Source: a virus
IMG/VR virus record: IMGVR_UViG_3300034071_001414
Coordinates: 34,518 to 98,517 of that record
Length of the DNA: 64,000 nt
Direction: 5' to 3' (one strand)
Shown: in pieces, positions 49,351 through 58,274 of the stretch
Layout of the letters: each line of letters starts with the position of its first letter
How positions within the stretch are numbered: the stretch's first letter is position 1
Notes under the pieces: model-generated
What the model saw: the letters and a program-made list of their open reading frames with translations, nothing else
Databases searched by the model: none
What the model was told of the DNA's origin: nothing
Program-made: the position numbers and the translations under genes

Positions 49351-49353
49351 ATA
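49346..49353 (+). promoter_or_regulatory. T4-type late promoter
   Basis: TATAAATA upstream of the 201-aa ORF. Confidence 0.7.
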
Positions 49354-49373
49354 ACTAAAAAGTATTTGTAAAA

Positions 49374-49979
49374 ATGGACGCTAAAGACATTCGCAATCTT
49401 CAAGAAGCATATATGGAAGTTGTTGAAAACCAGCAACTTGATGAAGCAAGAGAAGACGAAGGTTTAACACCTCTCCAAAAAATTAGAAAAAGAAATAAAA
49501 AATATGCTCTTCCTGGAGAACCAGCAGGACAACAAACTTCAAATCGTAGAGCAGAAAGAAGTTCTACAAGAGGAGTTAAAAAGGTAAAAGGTGCTAAAAG
49601 TGCTTTTGGAACTATGAGACATGTTGGTGGTCCATATACAGAAGAAGTAGATATTTACGACATCATCCTCTCACATTTACTTGATGAAGGATATGCTGAT
49701 ACTCAAGAAGCAGCAGAAGCAATTATGGTGAATATGAGTGAAGAGTGGAGAGAAGATATTGTAGAAATCTCACAGAAGACTGCTACAAAAGCATATGCTA
49801 CAAGTTATACTGGTGAGTTTGAAGGTCAAGATTCTCCAAAAAATGTAAAACAAACTGATAATCTTAGAAGACAAATCAAAAGAAAGTTTGGTGATAAAGC
49901 AGCACAACACGCTGATAGAGCAGGACACGCAATGACCTTTGGACGTAAAGGTGCTGGTGGTATGCCCCCAAAACCATAA
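49374..49979 (+). CDS. Hypothetical late protein with alternating acidic and basic modules
   Basis: NLQEAY N-terminal motif; acidic block EEVDIYDIILSHLLDEGYA...MSEEWREDIVE between two basic segments. Confidence 0.8.
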   Translation: MDAKDIRNLQEAYMEVVENQQLDEAREDEGLTPLQKIRKRNKKYALPGEPAGQQTSNRRAERSSTRGVKKVKGAKSAFGTMRHVGGPYTEEVDIYDIILSHLLDEGYADTQEAAEAIMVNMSEEWREDIVEISQKTATKAYATSYTGEFEGQDSPKNVKQTDNLRRQIKRKFGDKAAQHADRAGHAMTFGRKGAGGMPPKP

Positions 49980-49982
49980 CAA

Positions 49983-50038
49983 ACCACTTTCCAAACTGGC
50001 ACAAAAGAGGGTTTTACCACCCTCTTTTTTTGTATAAT
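49983..50038 (+). promoter_or_regulatory. Putative early promoter (upstream motif + TATAAT) with an embedded terminator
   Basis: ACCACTTTCCAAACTGGCAC, then hairpin AGAGGG...CCCTCT plus Ts, then TATAAT at 50033-50038. Confidence 0.65.
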
Positions 50039-50060
50039 GGTTTCATACGAAACAAATCAG

Positions 50061-52244
50061 ATGCCTGTCTCACACGAAATTAAGTCTCAACTTGCGAAAC
50101 TGCTTGCTACTGAAGACCTTGTGGTGGAGCACAAGAAGGTTTCTACTGCTTGCTTTAATGTTCACACTCGCGTTCTGACTCTGCCTCTGTGGGAGAAAGC
50201 AAGTGGTCTTGTGTATGATTTGCTTGTCGCTCACGAATGCGGGCATAGCATCTTCACTCCTGATGAGGATTGGAGCAAGACTTGTAAAGTTCCCCAACAG
50301 TTTATTAATGTTGTGGAAGATGCTCGCGTTGAGAAACTGATGAAACGCAAGTATGCTGGACTTGCTAAAACTTTCTTTAATGGTTATAAAGAACTGAATG
50401 AGCAAGATTTCTTTCAGTTGGAAGATGAAGATATTTCTTCCTTCAATCTTGCTGATCGCGTAAATCTATATTTTAAAGTTGGTAACTTTGTAACTCTGGA
50501 CTTTACTCCTGAAGAGAAAGAAATTGTTGATTTGATTGCCGCAACAGAAACTTTTGCTGATGCTTTGATTGCTGCAGAGGAACTTTATAAGTATTGTAAA
50601 AAGGAAAAGGAACAGCAGCAAAAGGTTGCAGATTGGGACTCTCACGAAACTCAAGGTAATTCCCAATCTCAAGCAAGTGATATTACTGAAGAAAAGCAAT
50701 CGGAAAGTGAAGAGGAAGGCAAATCTGATTCTTCGCAACCAGAACAAACTAATGAAACTGGATCTGCTCAGGGTGAACAAACTCTCAACACTTCTTCAGG
50801 TGATGAAGAAGAACCTGAAGTTCGCACTGCCGAATCTTTGGAAGATAAGATTCGTGATTTGGTGAACGATAGTGGTTCCGAAAATGTTTATATTGAAGTT
50901 CCTCAAGTAAATCTTGATACTGTCATCGGCAAAAACTTTGATATTCATAAAGAAATTGATTCTTCCTTTAAGCATCAGCAAGAGCAGCATGATAATTATG
51001 GCAAAGAGAATGGTCGGTTGGAATCTGTTAATATCTTTAAATCTGCAGATGAAGAGTTTAAGAAGTTCAAACTTTCTGCCCAAAAGGAAGTGAATTATCT
51101 TGTAAAGGAATTTGAGTGCCGTAAGGCAGCAGATTCTTATGCCCGTGCTTCTACTTCTCGCACTGGTGTTCTTGATACTGCTCGCCTTCATTCTTACAAA
51201 TATACTGAAGACTTGTTCAAGAAAGTGACTGTAATTCCTGATGGAAAAAATCACGGTCTGATCTTCATTTTGGATTGGAGTGGGTCAATGCAACACGTTC
51301 TTCTTGATACTTGTAAGCAACTCTTCAATCTTGTGTGGTTCTGTAAGAAAGTTTCTATTCCCTTTGAGGTTTATGCTTTCACTAATGAATGGCGCCGTGG
51401 TGAGTATGATTATGCAACTGGAAAGTATCTTTCTTCTGATCGCACTCCTCATTATGAAAAGAAAGAAGGTGCTCTCTGTATTGATGAGACATTTTCTCTG
51501 ATGAATCTTATTACCAGTAAAGTTTCTGGAAATCAACTTGAAAAGCAAATGCTGAACATTTGGCGTCTTGCCATGTGTTTTAGTGATACGTATCGTTGTT
51601 CCTATACTTATCCCAATCGTCTTTGCCTTTCTGGAACTCCTTTGAATGAAGCACTGATTAGTCTTCATCAAATTCTTCCTAAGTTTCAACATGAAAATAA
51701 ACTTCAAAAGGTTCAGTGTATTGTACTTACTGATGGTGAAGCAAATCATCTTGCTTATCACAAAGAAGTGAAGCGTAATTGGGAATCTGATCCATATATG
51801 GGAGTTCGTAGTATCAATCCAAATAAAACTTTCCTGAGGGATCGTAAACTTGGAACTACCTATAAGATTGATTATGGGTATCACCAATTTACTGATGTTC
51901 TTCTTAATAACCTGAAAGATAAGTTTCCTTCTGTGAATTTTATCGGTATTCGTGTTCTGTCCAATGGACATGCTAACCGATTTATTAGTCTCTATTATTC
52001 TCAACTTGATAAACAGTATGAGAAAATTCAAAATGATTGGAAGAAACTGAAGAGTTTCACCATCACAAATTCTGGATATGATGCATACTTTGGACTTTCA
52101 TCCAGTGCTTTGTCTCAGGATGCTGAGTTTGAGGTTGCTGAATGTGCAACTAAAGCACAAATTAAATCTGCTTTTGTGAAGTCTCTTAAAACCAAAAAAC
52201 TAAATAAAAAAGTTCTTGGTGAATTCATTTCTTTGGTAGCATGA
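50061..52244 (+). CDS. CobT-like protein: N-terminal HExxH metallopeptidase-like domain, acidic linker, C-terminal VWA domain
   Basis: HECGH and NVVEDARVE; MIDAS-like LDWSGSM, SGTPL, LTDGE; ATG 50061 preferred because the -10 box overlaps ATG 50037. Confidence 0.82.
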   Translation: MPVSHEIKSQLAKLLATEDLVVEHKKVSTACFNVHTRVLTLPLWEKASGLVYDLLVAHECGHSIFTPDEDWSKTCKVPQQFINVVEDARVEKLMKRKYAGLAKTFFNGYKELNEQDFFQLEDEDISSFNLADRVNLYFKVGNFVTLDFTPEEKEIVDLIAATETFADALIAAEELYKYCKKEKEQQQKVADWDSHETQGNSQSQASDITEEKQSESEEEGKSDSSQPEQTNETGSAQGEQTLNTSSGDEEEPEVRTAESLEDKIRDLVNDSGSENVYIEVPQVNLDTVIGKNFDIHKEIDSSFKHQQEQHDNYGKENGRLESVNIFKSADEEFKKFKLSAQKEVNYLVKEFECRKAADSYARASTSRTGVLDTARLHSYKYTEDLFKKVTVIPDGKNHGLIFILDWSGSMQHVLLDTCKQLFNLVWFCKKVSIPFEVYAFTNEWRRGEYDYATGKYLSSDRTPHYEKKEGALCIDETFSLMNLITSKVSGNQLEKQMLNIWRLAMCFSDTYRCSYTYPNRLCLSGTPLNEALISLHQILPKFQHENKLQKVQCIVLTDGEANHLAYHKEVKRNWESDPYMGVRSINPNKTFLRDRKLGTTYKIDYGYHQFTDVLLNNLKDKFPSVNFIGIRVLSNGHANRFISLYYSQLDKQYEKIQNDWKKLKSFTITNSGYDAYFGLSSSALSQDAEFEVAECATKAQIKSAFVKSLKTKKLNKKVLGEFISLVA

Positions 52245-52426
52245 AACAAAAATTTCCTTTTGAACACGTTGTCAAATACGATACTAAAGAAGTGTGGATT
52301 GCTTGTAGCAGTGTAATTACTGCTATTGGCATTCCTGCACTTGTTGAGAAATACTATCCTGGTTATAAAGGTCATATCGGTAGCAAGGAGTATCTGGAGA
52401 CACTTCGCAACCAGTTGGCAAACTGA
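52241..52426 (+). CDS. Hypothetical protein (61 aa)
   Basis: ATGA overlap with the upstream gene; FPFEH...KYYPGY. Confidence 0.65.
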   Translation: MKQKFPFEHVVKYDTKEVWIACSSVITAIGIPALVEKYYPGYKGHIGSKEYLETLRNQLAN

Positions 52427-52465
52427 CCACAGGGGGTCCTTTGGACCCCTTTTTCGTTCTATAAT
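52410..52465 (+). promoter_or_regulatory. Putative early promoter (upstream motif + TATAAT) with an embedded terminator
   Basis: ACCAGTTGGCAAACTGACCAC, then hairpin GGGGTCC-TTT-GGACCCC plus Ts, then TATAAT at 52460-52465. Confidence 0.65.
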
Positions 52466-52491
52466 GACTTCAGTTCAAACAAACCCACTTC

Positions 52492-53619
52492 ATGACTCGC
52501 ATTCAGATGACCGACGATCAAATTCTGACCGATCTAAAGAATACCTTCGGAAAAGAGTTTACTGCTGCTGACGTTCGTGGTTACTGTGCTTCTAAAAATA
52601 TTTCTTATCCTACTGTCACTAAACGACTGGAAAACTTTAAAGTTGGGCGTGGTCGTTGGAATATGGAAGTGACTCTGGAAAAAGTTCAGGAGATTGAGCG
52701 TAACTTTAATTCTCCTGCCGTTCTTCCCACAGCAACTCAAAATCTTATTCCTGATAAAGATGATACCTTCGTCAAGTTTGGTAACTTTAACGATATTAAA
52801 CGCATTATTCAGTCCCGTCTCTTTTATCCTACGTTCATTACGGGTCTTTCGGGTAATGGTAAAACGTTCAGTGTGGAGCAAGCGTGTGCTCAACTTAAGC
52901 GTGAACTGATTCGCGTTAACATCACGATTGAGACTGATGAAGACGATCTGATCGGTGGTTTCCGCCTTGTGAATGGTGAAACTGCCTGGCACAATGGTCC
53001 TGTGATTGAAGCACTGGAGCGTGGTGCTGTGCTGCTGTTGGATGAGATTGATCTTGCTTCTAATAAGATTCTGTGCCTTCAATCTGTTCTGGAAGGCAAA
53101 GGTGTCTTTCTGAAGAAGATTGGTAAGTTCGTCAAACCTGCCGCTGGATTCAACGTGATTGCCACCGCAAACACCAAGGGCAAGGGTTCTGATGACGGTC
53201 GCTTTATCGGCACCAACGTGCTCAACGAGGCGTTTCTGGAGCGTTTTCCCGTGACCTTTGAGCAGTCCTATCCTGCCCCTTCTGTGGAGCAGAAGATTCT
53301 TGAGGGCATTGCTCTGGATCTTGGAGTGGAGGATCGTGACTTCTGCAAGCGTCTAGTTGATTGGGGCGATATCATCCGCAAGACCTTCTACGATGGTGGT
53401 ATTGAGGAAATCATCAGCACCCGCCGCTTGGTTCACATTATTCGCGCATACAGCATCTTTGGCGATAAAGCAAAGGCAATTCAAGTTTGTGTGAATCGCT
53501 TTGATGATGAAACCAAGCAAGCATTCTTGGAACTGTATGATAAAGTTGATGTTGACTTTGTGATGCCGTCTCAACCTGAACTGACTGTAGAATACGTTGA
53601 CGAACGGCAAGCAAACTGA
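52492..53619 (+). CDS. cobS: CobS-like / MoxR-family AAA+ ATPase
   Basis: Walker A GLSGNGKT, Walker B LLLDEID, ATANTKG, NEAFLERF, STRRL. Confidence 0.9.
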   Translation: MTRIQMTDDQILTDLKNTFGKEFTAADVRGYCASKNISYPTVTKRLENFKVGRGRWNMEVTLEKVQEIERNFNSPAVLPTATQNLIPDKDDTFVKFGNFNDIKRIIQSRLFYPTFITGLSGNGKTFSVEQACAQLKRELIRVNITIETDEDDLIGGFRLVNGETAWHNGPVIEALERGAVLLLDEIDLASNKILCLQSVLEGKGVFLKKIGKFVKPAAGFNVIATANTKGKGSDDGRFIGTNVLNEAFLERFPVTFEQSYPAPSVEQKILEGIALDLGVEDRDFCKRLVDWGDIIRKTFYDGGIEEIISTRRLVHIIRAYSIFGDKAKAIQVCVNRFDDETKQAFLELYDKVDVDFVMPSQPELTVEYVDERQAN

Positions 53620-53625
53620 TAGAAT
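53597..53625 (+). promoter_or_regulatory. sigma70-type promoter
   Basis: TTGACG-17 nt-TAGAAT with extended TG. Confidence 0.7.
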
Positions 53626-53627
53626 AT

Positions 53628-53654
53628 AAGGAGGTCAATGTGCCTCCTCTTTTT
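53628..53654 (+). terminator. Probable terminator hairpin
   Basis: AGGAGG-TCAATGTG-CCTCCT followed by CTTTT. Confidence 0.55.
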
Positions 53655-53674
53655 GTCCTTTACTATGAAATAAA

Positions 53675-54163
53675 ATGTCTGAAAACTTTGAGAGCACTTA
53701 TGAAAGTTCCATTCCCAAAACATTTGGAGATACTATGATTACTGGTGAATCTGAAACTGATACTATTTCATTTTCGGGAGCACAGGATTTCTGGAATTAT
53801 GATGGAATCAGTCTGACTGGAAATCCTTATTCTGCACCAGATACTATTACATTTAATTCTAAAATGACTGAAGATACAAACAAAAATGGTTTTTGGAAAT
53901 ATAACGAAGATAAAATTCTAAAGCAACTTGAAGAATATATTGCTAGTACTTATCGACAACATTATGTTGATCGTACTGGAGGTGGTAAAGAGCAAACTCT
54001 TGATAAAATCAAACATAATCGTCGTGAAGGATTCTGTGCTGGTAATATTACCAAGTATACAGATCGTTACGATACGAAAGGCACTCCTCGTGCTGATTTG
54101 TTTAAAGTTCTGCACTATACTATCCTTTTGATTAACCACCTTAACCTTGTTGAAAATAAGTGA
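53675..54163 (+). CDS. DUF3310-like protein (putative nucleotide-metabolism enzyme)
   Basis: C-terminal TYRQHY...QTLD...FCAGNITKY..RY..KG...DLFKVLHY pattern. Confidence 0.65.
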   Translation: MSENFESTYESSIPKTFGDTMITGESETDTISFSGAQDFWNYDGISLTGNPYSAPDTITFNSKMTEDTNKNGFWKYNEDKILKQLEEYIASTYRQHYVDRTGGGKEQTLDKIKHNRREGFCAGNITKYTDRYDTKGTPRADLFKVLHYTILLINHLNLVENK

Positions 54164-54831
54164 TTATGAAACTCTCTGATAAAACTCTTTCTGTCCTGAA
54201 GAACTTTTCTTCTATTAATCAATCCATCTTTTTCAAGGAAGGGAATTCTCTTCGTACTATTTCTGTAATGAAGAATATTCTTGCTGAAGCAACAATTACT
54301 GAAGAACTTCCGAAAGATTTTGGCATCTATGACCTAAATCAATTTTTGAATGGTCTGGGTCTTCACCAAAGTCCTGAACTTGATTTTGAGAATGGTGGAT
54401 ATGTGGTTATCCGTGAAGGTAAGATGCGTTCCAAGTATTTCTTTGCAGACCCCAGTGTAATCGTTACGCCACCTGACAAAGAAATTGCTCTTCCTAGCGA
54501 GGATGTCTGCTTTGAATTGAGCACAGAGCAGTTGGACAAACTTCTCAAGGCAGCAGCAGTTTATCAACTGCCTGACCTTTCTGCCGTTGGTGAGGCAGGT
54601 GTGGTAAAATTGGTTGTACGTGATAAGAAGAACGACACTTCTAACGATTTCTCCATCGTTGTTGGTGAAACTGATTCTGTCTTTACCTTCAACTTCAAGG
54701 TTGAAAATATCAAGATTCTGTCTGGAACTTATGAGGTTGTCATTTCACAAAAACTTCTTTCTCGCTTTGAGAGTAAGAATCATGATGTAAAATACTATAT
54801 TGCACTGGAACCTGATTCAACCTTCGGATGA
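54160..54831 (+). CDS. gp45: Sliding clamp gp45
   Basis: MKLSDKTLSVLKNFSSINQSI, FGIYDLNQFL, YYIALEPDS. Confidence 0.95.
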   Translation: MIMKLSDKTLSVLKNFSSINQSIFFKEGNSLRTISVMKNILAEATITEELPKDFGIYDLNQFLNGLGLHQSPELDFENGGYVVIREGKMRSKYFFADPSVIVTPPDKEIALPSEDVCFELSTEQLDKLLKAAAVYQLPDLSAVGEAGVVKLVVRDKKNDTSNDFSIVVGETDSVFTFNFKVENIKILSGTYEVVISQKLLSRFESKNHDVKYYIALEPDSTFG

Positions 54832-55337
54832 ACATCTTCGTAACAAGTGAATATCCCGCTGAAAGTGCTCTCTGCCTTCCTGACAAGCACGTTGTCAAGA
54901 TGCCCCTAGAGTGCTGTCAGATGCTCTCTATCGTTGCCTCTAAGTGGTATCACAACTATGGACCCCTTCTCAAGGCAGACAATACTCCTTACAGCACTGA
55001 GAAGGGTGCTTTCCGCAATCACCCCTGCACCAAATGGGCAGCAGAGTCTGTTCATAATGCCTACTGGTTGATTAAGCACGGTCTTAACTTATGTGATGAA
55101 TACACTCTACGTTATGGTAAGATTCATTCTTGTTACAAGACACTCGTAGATGCCTTTTATTTGTTCCCTCGTGGTAAAATTAATAAGGTAGAAAACTTTG
55201 TTCGTGCTATGCCAAATGAGTATAAACTTGACACAAGCATTGACACTTTTACTGCTTACAAGATGTATATCGCATCCAAACCTTGGGTTGCATCTAATTA
55301 TCTTCGTATGCCAGAACGAAAACCTGATTGGGTATGA
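54828..55337 (+). CDS. Pyrimidine-dimer DNA glycosylase family (DenV-related) protein
   Basis: MNIF...LPDKHVVKMPLECCQML and NHPCTKW motifs. Confidence 0.7.
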   Translation: MNIFVTSEYPAESALCLPDKHVVKMPLECCQMLSIVASKWYHNYGPLLKADNTPYSTEKGAFRNHPCTKWAAESVHNAYWLIKHGLNLCDEYTLRYGKIHSCYKTLVDAFYLFPRGKINKVENFVRAMPNEYKLDTSIDTFTAYKMYIASKPWVASNYLRMPERKPDWV

Positions 55338-55696
55338 AAGTTTGTAGTAAATGCAATCAACTTTTGGATAACTCTTGTTTTTCTCCTTCCAGTGGTGGAA
55401 AATATTTGAGACCAGAATGTAGGAAATGTGGATACAAATTAAGTAAAGAAAGAAAACTCCTTAGAGAAAAATATGGAAATCCTCCAAGTGGATATTCTTG
55501 TCCAATATGTTTAAAATCTGAAGAACAGTTGAAAGGTACTGGTGGAAATGCTAGTATATGGGTTATAGATCATGATCATCAGAATAAAAAATTTAGAGGG
55601 CACTTATGCCACAATTGTAACAGGGGTCTAGGTGTATTCCAGGATGATATTGAAAGAATTAAACGAGCAATTGAGTATTTAAATTATGACAAGTGA
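55334..55696 (+). mobile_element. Endonuclease VII-type HNH protein, probably a free-standing homing endonuclease
   Basis: N-terminal CxxC..CxxC; CPIC...IDHDH..FRGHLCHNCNRGLG.FQD; inserted between the glycosylase and gp44. Confidence 0.78.
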
Positions 55697-56630
55697 ATTT
55701 CTTTTTGTGGAGAAGTACCGTCCTCAAGTAATTGATGATTGTATTCTCCCTGATGATACTAAAAAAACTTTTAAGGAGTTTGTTGAGAAAGGTGAAATTC
55801 CAAATCTTCTTCTTGCAGGTCCTCCTGGAATTGGTAAAACTACCATTGCAAAAGCACTTTGTAATGAATTGGGAGCAGATTATTATGTCATCAACGGATC
55901 CGACGAAGGGCGTTTCTTGGATACTGTACGGAACCAAGCAAAGAACTTTGCTTCGACCGTCTCACTTACGGGATCTTCTAAACACAAAGTCATCATCATC
56001 GATGAGGCAGATAACACAGGCAACGACGTACAACTCTTACTACGGGCAAATATTGAGGCATTTTATAACAACTGCCGATTCATCTTTACCTGCAACTACA
56101 AGAACAAAATCATTGAACCCCTGCACTCTCGATGTGCCGTCATTGACTTCACAATCAAGGGAAAACAGAAGCAACAACTTGCATTATCTTTCTTCAATCG
56201 TCTCCAAACAATCTTGGATACGGAAAGGATTGAGTATGACCAAAAAGTCCTTGCGGAACTGGTATCGAAGCACTTCCCAGATTTTCGACGCGTCCTCAAC
56301 GAATGCCAACGATATTCTACGTCAGGAAAAATCGACGCAGCAATTCTTGCATCTTTCTCAGACATTACAGTAAATGAACTCGTCAAGCATCTCAAAGAAA
56401 AAAACTTCTCAGAAGTCCGAAAGTGGGTGGTCTCCAACCTGGACAACGATTCTTCTGTCATTCTTCGCAGGGTTTATGACACCCTTTACGATATTTTACT
56501 TCCCCAGTCTATCCCTGCTGCCGTTCTTGTTATTGCTAAGTATCAATACCAAATTGCGTTCGTTGCTGATCAAGAAATTAACCTCCTAGCAGCACTAACT
56601 GAAATTATGGTGGAGTGTGAGTTCCGTTAA
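55686..56630 (+). CDS. gp44: Clamp loader large subunit gp44
   Basis: VEKYRP, GPPGIGKTT, IIDEAD, PLHSRC, FPDFRR. Confidence 0.96.
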   Translation: MTSEFLFVEKYRPQVIDDCILPDDTKKTFKEFVEKGEIPNLLLAGPPGIGKTTIAKALCNELGADYYVINGSDEGRFLDTVRNQAKNFASTVSLTGSSKHKVIIIDEADNTGNDVQLLLRANIEAFYNNCRFIFTCNYKNKIIEPLHSRCAVIDFTIKGKQKQQLALSFFNRLQTILDTERIEYDQKVLAELVSKHFPDFRRVLNECQRYSTSGKIDAAILASFSDITVNELVKHLKEKNFSEVRKWVVSNLDNDSSVILRRVYDTLYDILLPQSIPAAVLVIAKYQYQIAFVADQEINLLAALTEIMVECEFR

Positions 56631-56634
56631 AATA

Positions 56635-56660
56635 ACTCCAATACTAAATAGTAGTGGAGT
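56635..56660 (+). promoter_or_regulatory. Late promoter inside a hairpin that covers a GGAG
   Basis: ACTCCA-ATAC-TAAATA-GTAG-TGGAGT with CTAAATA at 56644-56650. Confidence 0.65.
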
Positions 56661-56672
56661 AGTTTAAAAGTT

Positions 56673-57071
56673 ATGGCTAAAGGTACTATCTACGAACATA
56701 GAGAACCATCAGAAACAGAACTTGCCTGGTTAACTGGTATATGGGAAGGTGAAGGATCTTGGACTTACAAAAAGGGAAGAACAAGAACTTTCTCTAACGG
56801 AAAAACATATACAGAGAAAGATTATGTTTCTATGAGTATGTCTATGACTGACCAGGACATTATGGAGCGAGTTGCTACTATAATGGATGGTAGAAAAACA
56901 ATTTACACCGATGGAGGTCCTGCTCACATAGCAGCAGGACAAAAACCAGTTTATTGTATAAGTCTTCAGGGGGAGGCGGCAAAAAGGTGGACTGAATTAA
57001 TGAAACCTTATCTTGGAAATAGACGCCGAGAAAAGTATGAAATGATTATGGAGAAATTGAATGCCAATTAG
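56673..57071 (+). mobile_element. Free-standing single-motif LAGLIDADG homing endonuclease-like protein
   Basis: ELAWLTGIWEGEGSW motif, MTDQDIM, LMKPYL; inserted between gp44 and dam. Confidence 0.75.
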
Positions 57072-57915
57072 TCAAAAACAACTAAAAACCTGTTTGAGGT
57101 ATCCTGGCGGCAAAAGCAGAGCAGTCGCTAAGATGGGTCCCTATTTTCCAGACCTTCGAAACTATGATGAGTTTCGTGAACCATTTCTTGGTGGTGGAAG
57201 TGTTGCGATTTATGTCACAAAGAAGTATCCTGGATTAAATATTTGGGTAAATGATTTATATGAACCTCTTGTAAACTTCTGGCAACAACTCCAGATGTTT
57301 GGTACTGATCTTAAAGATAAACTGGTAGATTTAAAGACAGCAAACAATACTCCCGATTTGGCAAGAGAACTTTTTCTTCACTCAAAAGGGCAGATCAACG
57401 ACCAAAGTTTGCCAAGTATTTATCGTGCTGTGGCTTTCTATATTGTCAATAAGTGCAGTTTTAGTGGTCTCACAGAGAGTTCGTCATTTTCACCACAAGC
57501 ATCCAACTCCAACTTTTCAATGCGTGGGATTGAAAAGTTGCCTGAGTATTCTAAACTAATTTCCAAGTGGCGTATAACTAATTATTCCTACGACTATTTG
57601 TTGGATGGAAATATGGGTGCCTTTGTTTATCTCGATCCTCCTTATGATATTAAGGATAATCTCTATGGGAGTAAGGGATCAATGCACAAAGGATTTGATC
57701 ACGATAAGTTTGCTGCTGATTGTGGTGCTTGTTATATGCATCAACTGATAAGTTATAATTCTGATCAACTAGTCAAAGATCGTTTCAAGAACTGGAAGAC
57801 TGGTGAGTTTGATTTGACTTATACCATGCGTTCTGTTGGTGAATATATGCGTGAGCAAAAAGACAGAAAAGAACTTTTACTGTTTAATTATAATAAAGAT
57901 TTGTTATGGAGTTGA
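57061..57915 (+). CDS. dam: DNA adenine methyltransferase (Dam/D12 class)
   Basis: LRYPGGKS, EPFLGGGSV, NDL, catalytic YLDPPY. Confidence 0.92.
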   Translation: MPISQKQLKTCLRYPGGKSRAVAKMGPYFPDLRNYDEFREPFLGGGSVAIYVTKKYPGLNIWVNDLYEPLVNFWQQLQMFGTDLKDKLVDLKTANNTPDLARELFLHSKGQINDQSLPSIYRAVAFYIVNKCSFSGLTESSSFSPQASNSNFSMRGIEKLPEYSKLISKWRITNYSYDYLLDGNMGAFVYLDPPYDIKDNLYGSKGSMHKGFDHDKFAADCGACYMHQLISYNSDQLVKDRFKNWKTGEFDLTYTMRSVGEYMREQKDRKELLLFNYNKDLLWS

Positions 57916-58274
57916 AAGATTGGTTGAACTCAATTAATTTTACAAAGGAAAATCTGTCGGAAAATATAAAAGAGTATTCACCATATATTATCAATCGTTG
58001 TTTGTCTGGACACATTGATTGTGTGATGTATGCGAATGAAATGAATATAAATCATCATCTTGATAAAGATATGCAATATTCGTTTTATCTAAATAGTCTA
58101 AGGAAACGGAAGAGATTTTCTCCCTGGATCCGTAAGGATAAAATCAAGGACTTAGAATGTGTTAAACAATACTATGGTTATAGTAATGAAAAAGCATCTC
58201 AAGCACTGAAAATCCTGACAAAAGAACAACTTACTTTCATAAAAAAACGACTTGATATTGGAGGAATAAAATGA
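57906..58274 (+). CDS. gp62: Clamp loader small subunit gp62
   Basis: LKDWLNSIN, YIINRCLS, ANEMN, RKRKRFSPW, YYGYSNEKA. Confidence 0.9.
   Translation: MELKDWLNSINFTKENLSENIKEYSPYIINRCLSGHIDCVMYANEMNINHHLDKDMQYSFYLNSLRKRKRFSPWIRKDKIKDLECVKQYYGYSNEKASQALKILTKEQLTFIKKRLDIGGIK

Noticed and set aside
50796-52031. Long minus-strand ORFs (152 and 248 aa) opposite the CobT-like gene
   Set aside because: Expected from codon bias of the sense gene; no motifs or promoter
55228-55245. Tandem TTGACA hexamers in the glycosylase gene
   Set aside because: No -10 box at 16-18 nt; they simply encode LDTSIDT
56631-57071. Possible group I intron or intein housing the LAGLIDADG ORF
   Set aside because: gp44 and dam both appear complete, and the non-coding flank is only about 40 nt, too short for a ribozyme core
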